From NCBI GenBank assembly GCA_021772985.1, contig JAJFKX010000014.1, positions 78,481-142,480 of the forward strand: a DNA stretch of 64,000 bases. Reading direction: 5' to 3'. The notes beneath the pieces were generated by a model. That model searched no databases and had not been told where the DNA came from. It worked only from the letters and a program-made list of their open reading frames with translations. The translations under genes and the position numbers were made by a program. Every line of letters begins with the position of its first letter. Within the stretch, counting starts at the first letter, position 1. Of this stretch, positions 9,272 to 18,623 are shown one piece after another. The DNA comes from Gammaproteobacteria bacterium (GTDB lineage: Bacteria > Pseudomonadota > Gammaproteobacteria > Xanthomonadales > Wenzhouxiangellaceae).

Positions 9272-10588
9272 ATGTTTACATACTACGTACGACTGGGCAT
9301 CAAAAGCATGCACCGCAACCCGATACTATCGGCACTGATGGTGGTCGCTTTGGCATTGGGAATTGGCGCCTGCATGACCACTTTAACCGTCTACTATCTA
9401 ATGTCCGGCAATCCGGTACCACATAAAAGCGATCAACTCTATGCAGTGCAGCTGGACGGCTGGGACCCCAACGCACAGCCTACTCAAGGTCCACAGGATG
9501 TGCAGCCGCAGTTAACTTACATGGATGCACAGAATCTGATGAGTGCACAAACACCTGCCCTGCAACAGGCGGCAATGTTTCGTTCCTCACTGGTTGTACA
9601 ACCTGAAGATGATGATGCTGTCCCTTTTCAAAATTCGGTACGCGCTACATATCACACATTTTTTGACATGTTCGATGTTCCTTTTATCTATGGCAACGCA
9701 TGGACCCAAGGTGAAGATCAACAGGGCGCCCGCATTGTTGTGCTTGGCAAAGCTTTAAATGAACAGTTATTTGGCGGCGAAAACAGTGTTGGACGTGATA
9801 TTCGCCTCAGTGATCAACTGTACCGCGTGATCGGCGTCATTGATGAATGGCAGCCGACACCAAGATTTTATGATGTTGTCACCTCCAGTTTTGCCGATGT
9901 TGCCAGCTTGTTTATCCCATTCAAAACCGCAGTAGACTTAGAGCTGAACCCGAATGGTAACGTCAACTGCTGGAAACCACTGGATGATTCTACCAATGCA
10001 GCGTTTTTGCGATCGGAGTGCGTTTGGGTGCAATTTTGGGCTGAGCTAAGCACGCCAACAGCTGCTGATGCTTATTTTGATTATTTGAATAACTACTCCC
10101 GCGAACAACAAGGTTTTGGTCGATTTCAGCGGCCCATCAATAATTTTATTTCTCCGGTAATGGAGTGGATGGATGTAAACCAAGTGGTAAGCACCGATAA
10201 CCGGGTGCTGGTGCGCTTGTCATTTTTATTCCTGGCGGTGTGCGTGTTAAATACCGTCGGTCTGTTGTTGGCTAAATTCATGGGCAAAGCCCCGGAAGTG
10301 GCGCTGCGCCGTTCAATGGGCGCCACCAGGCAGGCGATATTTACTCAAAACCTGTTCGAAGTAGCCACCATTGGCGTACTCGGCGGAGTCTTCGGCATCG
10401 CATTGGCCTGGCTGGGTTTAAGGCTGGTGGAAAATATTTACCGTGGTTATCAACACCTGGTCGCCATGGACTGGATGATTTTATTGATTTCAATGCTGAT
10501 CGCAGTTGTCGCCAGCATCATTGCCGGCCTGTATCCGGTATGGCGGACAACACGTATTCCACCAGCACAATATTTGAAAATCCAATAG
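9272..10588 (+). CDS. FtsX/MacB-type ABC permease with a large periplasmic domain
   Basis: 438 aa: N-terminal TM, ~250-aa periplasmic insert, C-terminal 3-TM FtsX-like module. Confidence 0.8.
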   Translation: MFTYYVRLGIKSMHRNPILSALMVVALALGIGACMTTLTVYYLMSGNPVPHKSDQLYAVQLDGWDPNAQPTQGPQDVQPQLTYMDAQNLMSAQTPALQQAAMFRSSLVVQPEDDDAVPFQNSVRATYHTFFDMFDVPFIYGNAWTQGEDQQGARIVVLGKALNEQLFGGENSVGRDIRLSDQLYRVIGVIDEWQPTPRFYDVVTSSFADVASLFIPFKTAVDLELNPNGNVNCWKPLDDSTNAAFLRSECVWVQFWAELSTPTAADAYFDYLNNYSREQQGFGRFQRPINNFISPVMEWMDVNQVVSTDNRVLVRLSFLFLAVCVLNTVGLLLAKFMGKAPEVALRRSMGATRQAIFTQNLFEVATIGVLGGVFGIALAWLGLRLVENIYRGYQHLVAMDWMILLISMLIAVVASIIAGLYPVWRTTRIPPAQYLKIQ

Positions 10589-10597
10589 GAGAGCGTT

Positions 10598-11812
10598 ATG
10601 GAATTTCGTCCCATATTAAGCGCGTTGATGCGCAACAAAGCCGGCGCTTTGCTGATTGCCCTGCAAATTGCAATTACTTTGGCGGTGGTTACCAACGCAC
10701 TGTATATCCTTAAACAGCGGCAAACACATATCAACAGGCCGACCGGCATCGAGGCTACCGCTGATGCATTTGTTATATATACCAGAGTATTTAGAAATGA
10801 CATCAATATCGAACAATTGGTTGATGATGACCTGTTAAAAATACGCGCTCTGGCGGATTTACAAGCAGTAACCCCGATTCAATCGGTGCCGGTCAGTGGC
10901 GGAGGCTGGGGAGAAGACTTCTATCTTAGCCAGGATCAATCATCCGACCAAAGTGTCGGCTTTGGGAATTTTATGGTTAATCAAGACGGGGTTGAGGCTT
11001 TGGGCCTGGACCTGATTGAAGGGCGTAATTTCAGCACCGAGGAAATCACCTTCAGAAGCCCGGTTGAAACCGTATACCCGAGAATTGTCTTAATCAGCAA
11101 ACCTCTGGCCAATGCTTTGTTTCCCGATGGCGATGCATTAGGGCAGCTGGTTTATGACGAGCTAAACAGCCCTCACCCTACCCGTATTATCGGCATTTAC
11201 GAAAATATGCCCAATGCCTGGCCAAATGCCACAATGTTCGAGAATTCAGCACTGATGCCACAAATATCAGCCAGTAATGATGTGCGTTACTGGATTCGCG
11301 CGAAACCAGGTCGGCGTGATCAGTTAATGACAGAGGTTGAACAGTTGCTGGGGCTGGATCGCAATCGAATAATTCTGGGTAACCGTACTTTTGAAGAGGT
11401 CAAGGCACGTACTTACCGTAACGATATTGCTATGGTTAAATTACTCAGCGGCGTGGTTGCATTGCTGACCATGGTAACCGCCATGGGCATCATCGGGCTG
11501 GCGTGGTTTAGCGTAACGCAGCGGCGCAAACAAATTGGCACTCGGCGGGCTCTGGGCGCACATAAAATGGATATTTTGCGCTATTTTATGATTGAAAACT
11601 GGCTGATCACCAGTGCCGGGCTGGCAATCGGCATCGTCTTGACTTTGGCTTTAAATTACTTTTTGGACACCAATTTCCAAACCGGTCGGTTGGTCTGGTA
11701 TTACATCCCTGTCGGCATGCTGTTCTTGTGGTTACTGGGCCAGTTGGCAGTACTTGCACCTGCACGTAAAGCTGCTAATACCGACCCGGCACTGGCTACC
11801 CGCAGTGTGTAA
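10598..11812 (+). CDS. Second FtsX/MacB-type ABC permease
   Basis: 404 aa with the same TM / periplasmic domain / 3-TM layout. Follows the first permease after 9 nt. Confidence 0.8.
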   Translation: MEFRPILSALMRNKAGALLIALQIAITLAVVTNALYILKQRQTHINRPTGIEATADAFVIYTRVFRNDINIEQLVDDDLLKIRALADLQAVTPIQSVPVSGGGWGEDFYLSQDQSSDQSVGFGNFMVNQDGVEALGLDLIEGRNFSTEEITFRSPVETVYPRIVLISKPLANALFPDGDALGQLVYDELNSPHPTRIIGIYENMPNAWPNATMFENSALMPQISASNDVRYWIRAKPGRRDQLMTEVEQLLGLDRNRIILGNRTFEEVKARTYRNDIAMVKLLSGVVALLTMVTAMGIIGLAWFSVTQRRKQIGTRRALGAHKMDILRYFMIENWLITSAGLAIGIVLTLALNYFLDTNFQTGRLVWYYIPVGMLFLWLLGQLAVLAPARKAANTDPALATRSV

Positions 11813-12131
11813 TCAAAACTGGTGATACTTGATTGCTACTCCATTACCTGAGGTTTATTAAACCAGTGCTCCTGCAATGTGATAATGCCAGGCCAAGTGA
11901 GTTTATCCGTACTCATGGCACGATGTGCCTGGCCGGGAACTGCATGTTCTTTGTAACAGGCGCAACACAGGCCACGGGTATTGATAAACTTACTCAAAAG
12001 GCGCTCAGGTGATGTTTTGCAACTGCAGTGCTATGCCCGAAAAGGGCATACTATTGACTTTGCGTTGCGCCATTTTGCAAAACATCACTGGAACCATGAG
12101 TCCGGCATTATCATATTGAAGGAGTACTAGA

Positions 12132-13472
12132 ATGCAGAAAGTACTAATAATCGACGATAACCCGGATGTCAGCAAAGCGCTTAGTCTGATGCTTGAATTG
12201 CAGCATATAGATGCGGTTTCTGCCATAGATCCCGAGGCTGGATTAGCCATCGCGCGTAATGGTGGGATTGACCTTGTCATTCAGGATATGAACTTCAGCG
12301 AAGACACCACCTCGGGGCAGGAAGGTGTTGTTCTGTTTCACAACCTGCGCACAATAGACGCTGATTTGCCGATAATTTTACTGACCGCCTGGGCAAATCT
12401 GGAAACCGCCGTCGAACTGGTCAAAGCCGGTGCCGCCGACTATGTCTCCAAACCCTGGAACGACGATAAACTGGTTACCACCATCAAAAACCTGCTTGAG
12501 CTTCGCGAATTGCAATATCGTCAACGCAATCAGCGGCGTGAACGCCAGCAGCGGTTTTCTAAACTGGCGGAGGCTCACAATTTATGCTCAGCGATCTTTG
12601 CCAGTGAGGCGATGTATCAGGTTTTAAGCCTGGCAGTGCGCTTTGCCAAAGCGGATTTGCCGGTTCTGATTACCGGTCCCAATGGTGTCGGCAAAGATGT
12701 CATAGCGCACATCATTCAAGCTAACTCAACAGTTGCTGAAGGGCCGTTTGTTACAGTCAATGTTGGTGCTTTACCAAATGATTTAATGGAGGCTGAATTG
12801 TTCGGTGTTGAAACTGGTGCCTATACCGGTGCAAACACCAGCCGCAAAGGTCGTTTCGAAGCGGCTCATGGCGGCACCTTGTTTTTGGATGAAATCGGCA
12901 ACCTGCCTCAACAGGGGCAAATGAAACTGTTGCGCGTTTTGCAAACCGGGGAATTCGAACGCCTCGGCAGTGCTGCAACTCAACATGTGCAAGTCCGCAT
13001 TATCAGCGCTACCAATACTGACCTGCATGCTGCGATCAGTGCCGGACGTTTTCGAGAAGACTTGTTCTATCGCCTGAATGCATTAGAACTACAGGTTCCG
13101 GCACTGGCAGAGCGGCGTGAAGATATTTTACCTTTAGCCCGGCATTTTTTAGGTCCTGATCAACCTATCGATTATGGTGCAGAACATGTTTTGCTGGATC
13201 ACGATTGGCCGGGCAATGTCCGTGAATTAAAGAATGTGATGCAACGGGCTGCTTTGCTGACACAGGGTAAACGTATTCAAGCGACCGACCTGGGCCTGCC
13301 GGTTCGTGATGCCCGCTGGTTGAATACTGAAAATGATGATGAAATAACCCGCAAGCAACTGGTCCGCGAGCTTGGCCGCTCTGACGGTAATGTATCGCAG
13401 GCGGCGCGTGCCCTGGGAATCAGTCGTCAAGCAGTCTATCGCCGTCTCGACAAATACAACATTGATCACTGA
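12132..13472 (+). CDS. Sigma-54-dependent response regulator (NtrC family)
   Basis: Receiver domain (KVLIIDDNPDV...DLVIQDMNF). AAA+ domain with Walker A GPNGVGKD and a GAYTGA loop (GAFTGA variant). C-terminal Fis-type HTH (NVSQAARALGISRQAVYRRL). SD GAAGGAG lies upstream of the ATG. Confidence 0.9.
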   Translation: MQKVLIIDDNPDVSKALSLMLELQHIDAVSAIDPEAGLAIARNGGIDLVIQDMNFSEDTTSGQEGVVLFHNLRTIDADLPIILLTAWANLETAVELVKAGAADYVSKPWNDDKLVTTIKNLLELRELQYRQRNQRRERQQRFSKLAEAHNLCSAIFASEAMYQVLSLAVRFAKADLPVLITGPNGVGKDVIAHIIQANSTVAEGPFVTVNVGALPNDLMEAELFGVETGAYTGANTSRKGRFEAAHGGTLFLDEIGNLPQQGQMKLLRVLQTGEFERLGSAATQHVQVRIISATNTDLHAAISAGRFREDLFYRLNALELQVPALAERREDILPLARHFLGPDQPIDYGAEHVLLDHDWPGNVRELKNVMQRAALLTQGKRIQATDLGLPVRDARWLNTENDDEITRKQLVRELGRSDGNVSQAARALGISRQAVYRRLDKYNIDH

Positions 13473-13732
13473 TATTGGTGCAGCTGCGCTTTAGCATTTG
13501 CAGCCACATTACTGGACGAGATGTTTAAGCTGTATCATTGGCTTTATGCTTAAACAAATGACACAGCCTAGTATCAGTTATGCGTCAGCTGATAAAGGTT
13601 GGCCATTATTACAACAAAACAGCACATACTATGCTAGACATTACCAACCATGCCGATACATTTATAGTCATTGTCATGTAGTGAAAATAACTCGCTCGCC
13701 AATGCGCAAAATTAAATCACAGGCCGCTTAAT

Positions 13733-15055
13733 TTGAAACGCTGGTTTTCACTCCAGGGTAAATTCGTTTTTGCACTGATCGCCATATTGGCGTTTGCCAA
13801 TACAATTGCAATCTGGGCTGCCTTATACCTGCGTGACTGGCTACTGGCAGTGCTGGCTGGGCTGGTAATAGCCATATTTGCGGCAATCGCGCTGGTCAAG
13901 GCATATTTTCGGCCCATTGAAGAAATACTTCAGGCTCTGCGCTCAGGAGTAATGAGCTTTAAAGATCAGGATTACAGCATCAAAATTGCCCAGACCCGCG
14001 ATGATGAATTAGGTCATCTGGTCAAAGTCTACAATAATCTGGCCACAACTTTGCGTAATGAGCGTTTCGCCTTATTCCAGCGTGAACTGTTGCTTGACAC
14101 GGTTATTCAAAACAGTTCAGTAGCCGTCGTGATAACCAATGCACGTGGCTCGGTTGTATTCAGCAATCGTGTTGTACGCCGCCTGTTCGGCAAACACACA
14201 GCACTGGAAGGACATATGCTGATTGACTTATGTGAGGCTCGCTCAGCTGCCCTGGCTGAGCAGACCCGCTCCGGACGCGATGGTCTGTTTACCGTGGAGG
14301 AAAATGATGAAAGTGAAGTCTATCATTTGACTTGCAGGCATTTTAAGCTCAATGCACAACCTCATTACCTGTATATGTATAAGCAGCTGACCCGAGAAAT
14401 TGCCCGCCAGGAAGTGGATACCTGGAAAAAGGTCATCCGGGTTATCAGCCATGAATTGAATAATTCGCTGGCGCCGATATCCTCATTAACACATTCGGCC
14501 AAGTTGATTGTTACCCGTGGTGACAAAACCGAAAAGCTGAAAGAAGTGTTTGACAGCATCGCCCATCGAACTGAACATTTGCATCATTTCATCGAACAGT
14601 ACGCACGCTTCGCGCGCTTGCCCAAACCACAACTGGAAAATGTTATTTGGCCCGAATTTATCAGTGACTTGCAAAGCCTGTCTCAATTCAAATTACTTGG
14701 TGATGAACTCACTGGCAAGGTTACTTTTGATCCTGGTCAAATGGAACAAGTGTTGATTAATTTATTAAAAAATGCGCATGAATCCGGGTCAAAACCTGAC
14801 CAGGTGAATCTACGTATTGCTGTAGATAAGGAATCTATTTTGATCGCAGTTGAAGACCGCGGCCCCGGCATGGATGAAACCCGTATGAGCCAGGCACTTT
14901 TGCCTTTTTATTCGACCAAACGCTCCGGCACCGGCCTGGGCCTGCCATTATGCCGTGAAATCATCGAAGCCCACGGCGGGCATTTCAGGCTGGTTAACAG
15001 GCACGAAGGTGGCTTGGCGGCCATCTGCCAGTTACCCGCCATTCACAAAGACTGA
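13733..15055 (+). CDS. Sensor histidine kinase (2 TM, HAMP/PAS-like, HisKA, HATPase)
   Basis: H-box ISHELNNSLAPI; N/G boxes LLKNAHES, DRGPGMD, GTGLGL. The start is a TTG and is uncertain. Confidence 0.8.
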   Translation: MKRWFSLQGKFVFALIAILAFANTIAIWAALYLRDWLLAVLAGLVIAIFAAIALVKAYFRPIEEILQALRSGVMSFKDQDYSIKIAQTRDDELGHLVKVYNNLATTLRNERFALFQRELLLDTVIQNSSVAVVITNARGSVVFSNRVVRRLFGKHTALEGHMLIDLCEARSAALAEQTRSGRDGLFTVEENDESEVYHLTCRHFKLNAQPHYLYMYKQLTREIARQEVDTWKKVIRVISHELNNSLAPISSLTHSAKLIVTRGDKTEKLKEVFDSIAHRTEHLHHFIEQYARFARLPKPQLENVIWPEFISDLQSLSQFKLLGDELTGKVTFDPGQMEQVLINLLKNAHESGSKPDQVNLRIAVDKESILIAVEDRGPGMDETRMSQALLPFYSTKRSGTGLGLPLCREIIEAHGGHFRLVNRHEGGLAAICQLPAIHKD

Positions 15056-15189
15056 TAACTCATCAGATCAATCTCACCTGCCCCTGCAACAGATCAATAA
15101 CTGCATTAACTGCTTCTCAAACCAGCTTCGAAATCACCTGCACGTCAGTTGACGCCATCCAGACCATCAGGTATTTTGACCATTCGCGT

Positions 15190-15480
15190 TACTGGTGCTC
15201 TGAAGCCATCCGGCAACAGGGTTAAACGGGAAGACGGTCCAAGTCCGTCGCTGCCCCCGCAACGGTAGACGAAGCATCGATCAACAGGCCACTGCGAATT
15301 TCGTGGGAAGGCGATCGAGATAGCATCAACAATGCTCTTCGTAAGCCCGGAGACCGGCCATTAACTTTTTCGACGTATGATCGCGGCGGGCGATGACGTG
15401 GATAGGCCCGCCTTTCCCCGTAATGTTACTCCGCTGGTGATCCTTACACTGTGTTCGGGTCGGAACGCAGCATGGAGTAA
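15190..15480 (+). promoter_or_regulatory. Cobalamin (B12) riboswitch with its expression platform
   Basis: Conserved core AACGGGAAGACGGTCCAAGTCCGTCGCTGCCCCCGCAACGGTAGAC, B12 box GCCACTG at 15288-15294, GGGAAGGC, and closing AAGCCCGGAGACCGGCC (compare E. coli btuB leader AAGCCCGAAGACCTGCC). Downstream is a GC hairpin GGCGGGC...GCCCGCC+TTT (15385-15415). TTACTCC (15426-15432) can pair with the SD region GGAGTAA (15474-15480). Confidence 0.85.
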
Positions 15481-15487
15481 TCATTAA

Positions 15488-17428
15488 GTGAAAATTTCAA
15501 ATGCCTTTTTATCAACCATTGGGTTGGTTTTTTCTACCGTGCTGCCGGCACAAAGCAGTGATAACAGCCAACCCCTGGATCCCATTGTAGTCACGGCATC
15601 TCGTGCGCCGATTGCCATCGATAGAGTGTTGCAATCGATTACCATTATTACCCGTGAGCAAATCGAACAACGTCAAGCAACCCATGTTGGTGATTTGTTG
15701 CGTGATGTACCTGGTTTTTCAGTTTCCCGTTCCGGTGGCACAGGCACCCAAACCCAGGTCCGTGTTCGTGGTGCTGAGTCCAATCAACTGCTGGTATTAA
15801 TTGATGGTGTGGAAGCCAACGATCCAGCCAGTGGTGACGACTTTCGATTCGAGTTTCTGACCACCTCGGAGATTGAACGCATCGAAATATTACGTGGCCC
15901 GCAAAGTGCATTGTGGGGCACAGATGCGTTGGCCGGGGTAATCAATATCATTACCCGAGGTGGCAACACTACGGGTGTGGGCAGCAGTGGCAGCCTGTTT
16001 CTGGAAGGCGGCTCTAACGCAACAATCAACGGTGGCGGCAACCTGAACTTTTCATCCAATGCCATACGTGGCAATCTGGGTTTTAGCCGGTTCGAAACCG
16101 ATGGCACCAATATCGCTCGCACCGGAAATGAACAGGATGGTTCAGAAAACACAACCTTCACAGGTAAAATTAATGCCGATTTTTCAGACAATGTCGGGGT
16201 TGAAGCATCACTGCGTTATACCGATGCAGAGACCGATATTGATGGCATCGACTTCGCCGTGAGCGGACTGCCGATTGACGCTGACCAACACAATGAAGCC
16301 ACCAGAATTTATTCCAAACTCAGCGGTTACCTTCACACTCTCGAAGGCCAATTGAAACAATCTGCCACCCTCACTTTTCAGGATACCGACAACGATAACT
16401 TTACCGATAATCTGCAGACTACCAGTACCGCCAGTGATAAATTCGGTGCCCGCTATCAGATCGATTACCAGTTCACGCCCAATCATCGTCTGAGCGGGGC
16501 TGTGGACCACGAAAATATAGATTTTTCACAAACGGGTACTGCCACAGCTTTCGGCGACCCCAATCAGAATCAATCGATTGATACCACCGGTTTTGTGCTC
16601 GAATACGTCGGACATGCAGCTTCTGGTTGGGATTGGAACCTGGGTTTTAGGCGGGATGTCTTCAGCGACTTTGATGATGCCACCAGTTACCAGGCTGCAC
16701 TGGGATACAGCATTAACCAAAGCGGACGTTTTCGAGCTGCGTTCGGCAATGGTCAAAAAGCACCAACCTTTACCGAACGTTTCGGCTTTTTCCCTGATAC
16801 TTTTGTTGGCAATCCAAACCTTCGGCCTGAACAGTCCGAGTCATTTGAACTGGGCTATGAGCATACCTTTCAACAAGGCTCAGTCAACATAACCTGGTTT
16901 GACCAGAATCTGACCGATGAAATTAATGGTTTTGTATTCGACCCTGCACTGGGAGTGTTTACTGCCGCCAATGAAAACGGCACCAGCAAACGTAATGGTA
17001 TTGAATTTGCCACCAACTGGAATTTAGGCTCAGGATTCAACCTGAGCGGCAGCTATACCTTTACCGATGCCACTGAACCTGATGGTGAACAACGCGTCCG
17101 TGAAGTTCGGCGCCCCCGACACTCAGGTCATTTCAATATTAACTTCACCAGCAGCAGCGCACGGACTAATATTAACCTGAATGTTAGTTATAACGGGGAT
17201 CGCACCGATCTGTTCTTTCCACCATTTCCTGAACCCTCACAAAGAATCGAGCTGGGCAGCTTCGTGCTGGTCGACCTGACAGCTAACAGGCAGATCACCG
17301 ATAACCTGGATCTGTTTGCCCGGGTCAACAATCTGCTGGATGAAAATTATGAAGAAGTGCTGGGTTTTGCCACCCCAGGAGCCACTGCCATGGCAGGTAT
17401 TCGCTATCATTTCGGACGAGGTAAATAG
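15488..17428 (+). CDS. btuB: TonB-dependent outer-membrane receptor, vitamin B12 type
   Basis: GTG start with GGAG SD. Signal peptide, TonB box DPIVVTASR, plug plus barrel of typical BtuB size (646 aa). Sits immediately behind the B12 riboswitch. Confidence 0.85.
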   Translation: MKISNAFLSTIGLVFSTVLPAQSSDNSQPLDPIVVTASRAPIAIDRVLQSITIITREQIEQRQATHVGDLLRDVPGFSVSRSGGTGTQTQVRVRGAESNQLLVLIDGVEANDPASGDDFRFEFLTTSEIERIEILRGPQSALWGTDALAGVINIITRGGNTTGVGSSGSLFLEGGSNATINGGGNLNFSSNAIRGNLGFSRFETDGTNIARTGNEQDGSENTTFTGKINADFSDNVGVEASLRYTDAETDIDGIDFAVSGLPIDADQHNEATRIYSKLSGYLHTLEGQLKQSATLTFQDTDNDNFTDNLQTTSTASDKFGARYQIDYQFTPNHRLSGAVDHENIDFSQTGTATAFGDPNQNQSIDTTGFVLEYVGHAASGWDWNLGFRRDVFSDFDDATSYQAALGYSINQSGRFRAAFGNGQKAPTFTERFGFFPDTFVGNPNLRPEQSESFELGYEHTFQQGSVNITWFDQNLTDEINGFVFDPALGVFTAANENGTSKRNGIEFATNWNLGSGFNLSGSYTFTDATEPDGEQRVREVRRPRHSGHFNINFTSSSARTNINLNVSYNGDRTDLFFPPFPEPSQRIELGSFVLVDLTANRQITDNLDLFARVNNLLDENYEEVLGFATPGATAMAGIRYHFGRGK

Positions 17429-17430
17429 CC

Positions 17431-17955
17431 ATGTGGAAAAAAATAAGCTCTAGACCGGATATTATTTTTGCACTGTTGATGATTGCCTTTGTCCGACTGG
17501 TTCCACACCCCTGGAACCTGACGCCAATTGGAGCGACCGGCTTGTTTGCCGGTGCCTATTTAAGCCGCAGCTGGGCGTGGCTGATACCGCTGATTCCATT
17601 GGCTATTGGTGATCTTGTCGTTGGTGGTTACAACCCGATTGTGATGCTGAGTGTATATTTCGGATTCGCCGGCACTGCATTGATAGGCGGCCTGTGGATG
17701 GCACAAAAGATTAATGTTTATCGTCTGGGTGGCGCGGTGATCAGCGGTTCAGTGTGGTTTTTCCTGATCTCCAACTTTGGTGCCTGGTTATCTGGTATGT
17801 ATGCCTACAGCTGGAGTGGGTTGGCAGAGTGTTACCTGATGGCATTGCCGTACTTCGGCAACACTTTAGCTGGTGATACCTGTTACAGCATACTGTTTTT
17901 CGGTGTGTTCCATTTGCTCTACTCCAATTACGGCAGCAAACAAGTGACTGCTTGA
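17431..17955 (+). CDS. Small polytopic membrane protein (5-6 TM); candidate solitary corrinoid transporter (BtuM / ECF-S-like). Function is inferred from context only
   Basis: 174 aa and almost entirely hydrophobic segments. Starts 2 nt after the btuB stop, and its end overlaps the next gene by 4 nt. Confidence 0.55.
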   Translation: MWKKISSRPDIIFALLMIAFVRLVPHPWNLTPIGATGLFAGAYLSRSWAWLIPLIPLAIGDLVVGGYNPIVMLSVYFGFAGTALIGGLWMAQKINVYRLGGAVISGSVWFFLISNFGAWLSGMYAYSWSGLAECYLMALPYFGNTLAGDTCYSILFFGVFHLLYSNYGSKQVTA

Positions 17956-18623
17956 TGCGCACTCTGCTGTCCTGGAGTTCCGGCAAGGATTCCGCCTGGG
18001 CACTACATTGCCTGCAAGCCACAGGTGCAGCAGAAGTGGTCGCACTGGTTACCAGCATCAGTGAAGATGTCGGCCGGGTTGCAATGCATGCAACCCGGCG
18101 CAAACTGCTGCAGCAACAGGCTCAAGCCATCGGGTTACCGCTGCTTGAGGTGTTGCTGCCAAGACCGTGCAGCAATGCTGAATATGAACTGCGCTTCAGT
18201 GCCGCACTTAGCACGCTGCGTCGCAAATTCAATGTTGACCAGATTGCTTTTGGTGATCTGTTTTTGCGTGATATTCGTGCTTACCGCGAACGGCAAATGG
18301 CTGGATTGAATTTCACTCCGCTGTTTCCGCTTTGGGGCAAAGATACTGCGAATCTGGCCAGAACCATGCTTGCAGGTGGCTTGCAAGCCCGTTTGAGCTG
18401 CATAGATCCACGCGTGATGCCGGTTGAATTGGCGGGCAGAGCCTTTGATCAACAACTCCTGGATGATCTGCCTGAGCAGGTCGACCCTTGCGGCGAGAAT
18501 GGCGAATTTCACAGCTTCTGCTGGTCCAGCCCTTCGTTCAGCAACGATATCAATATTACAATCGGTGAAACCATCGAGCGCGATGGCTTTGTATTTACTG
18601 ATTTGCTGGAAGGGCCAGAATGA
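17952..18623 (+). CDS. PP-loop ATP pyrophosphatase of the Dph6/MJ0570 (ATP_bind_4) family
   Basis: N-terminal SWSSGKDS PP-loop and C-terminal GENGEFHSF motif, both hallmarks of this family. 223 aa. Confidence 0.75.
   Translation: MMRTLLSWSSGKDSAWALHCLQATGAAEVVALVTSISEDVGRVAMHATRRKLLQQQAQAIGLPLLEVLLPRPCSNAEYELRFSAALSTLRRKFNVDQIAFGDLFLRDIRAYRERQMAGLNFTPLFPLWGKDTANLARTMLAGGLQARLSCIDPRVMPVELAGRAFDQQLLDDLPEQVDPCGENGEFHSFCWSSPSFSNDINITIGETIERDGFVFTDLLEGPE

Noticed and set aside
11916-11930. TGGCAC hexamer upstream of the NtrC-type regulator gene, as a possible second sigma-54 promoter
   Set aside because: There is no GC dinucleotide at the required GG-N10-GC spacing; the sequence reads TGGCACGATGTGCCT.
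12005-12280. 91-aa minus-strand ORF overlapping the start of the response-regulator gene
   Set aside because: It is antisense to a well-supported receiver domain, with no independent support.
13498-13731. 77-aa ORF filling the gap between the response regulator and the kinase gene
   Set aside because: No SD and an implausible composition (Cys/His/Tyr-rich). The gap is more likely the kinase leader.
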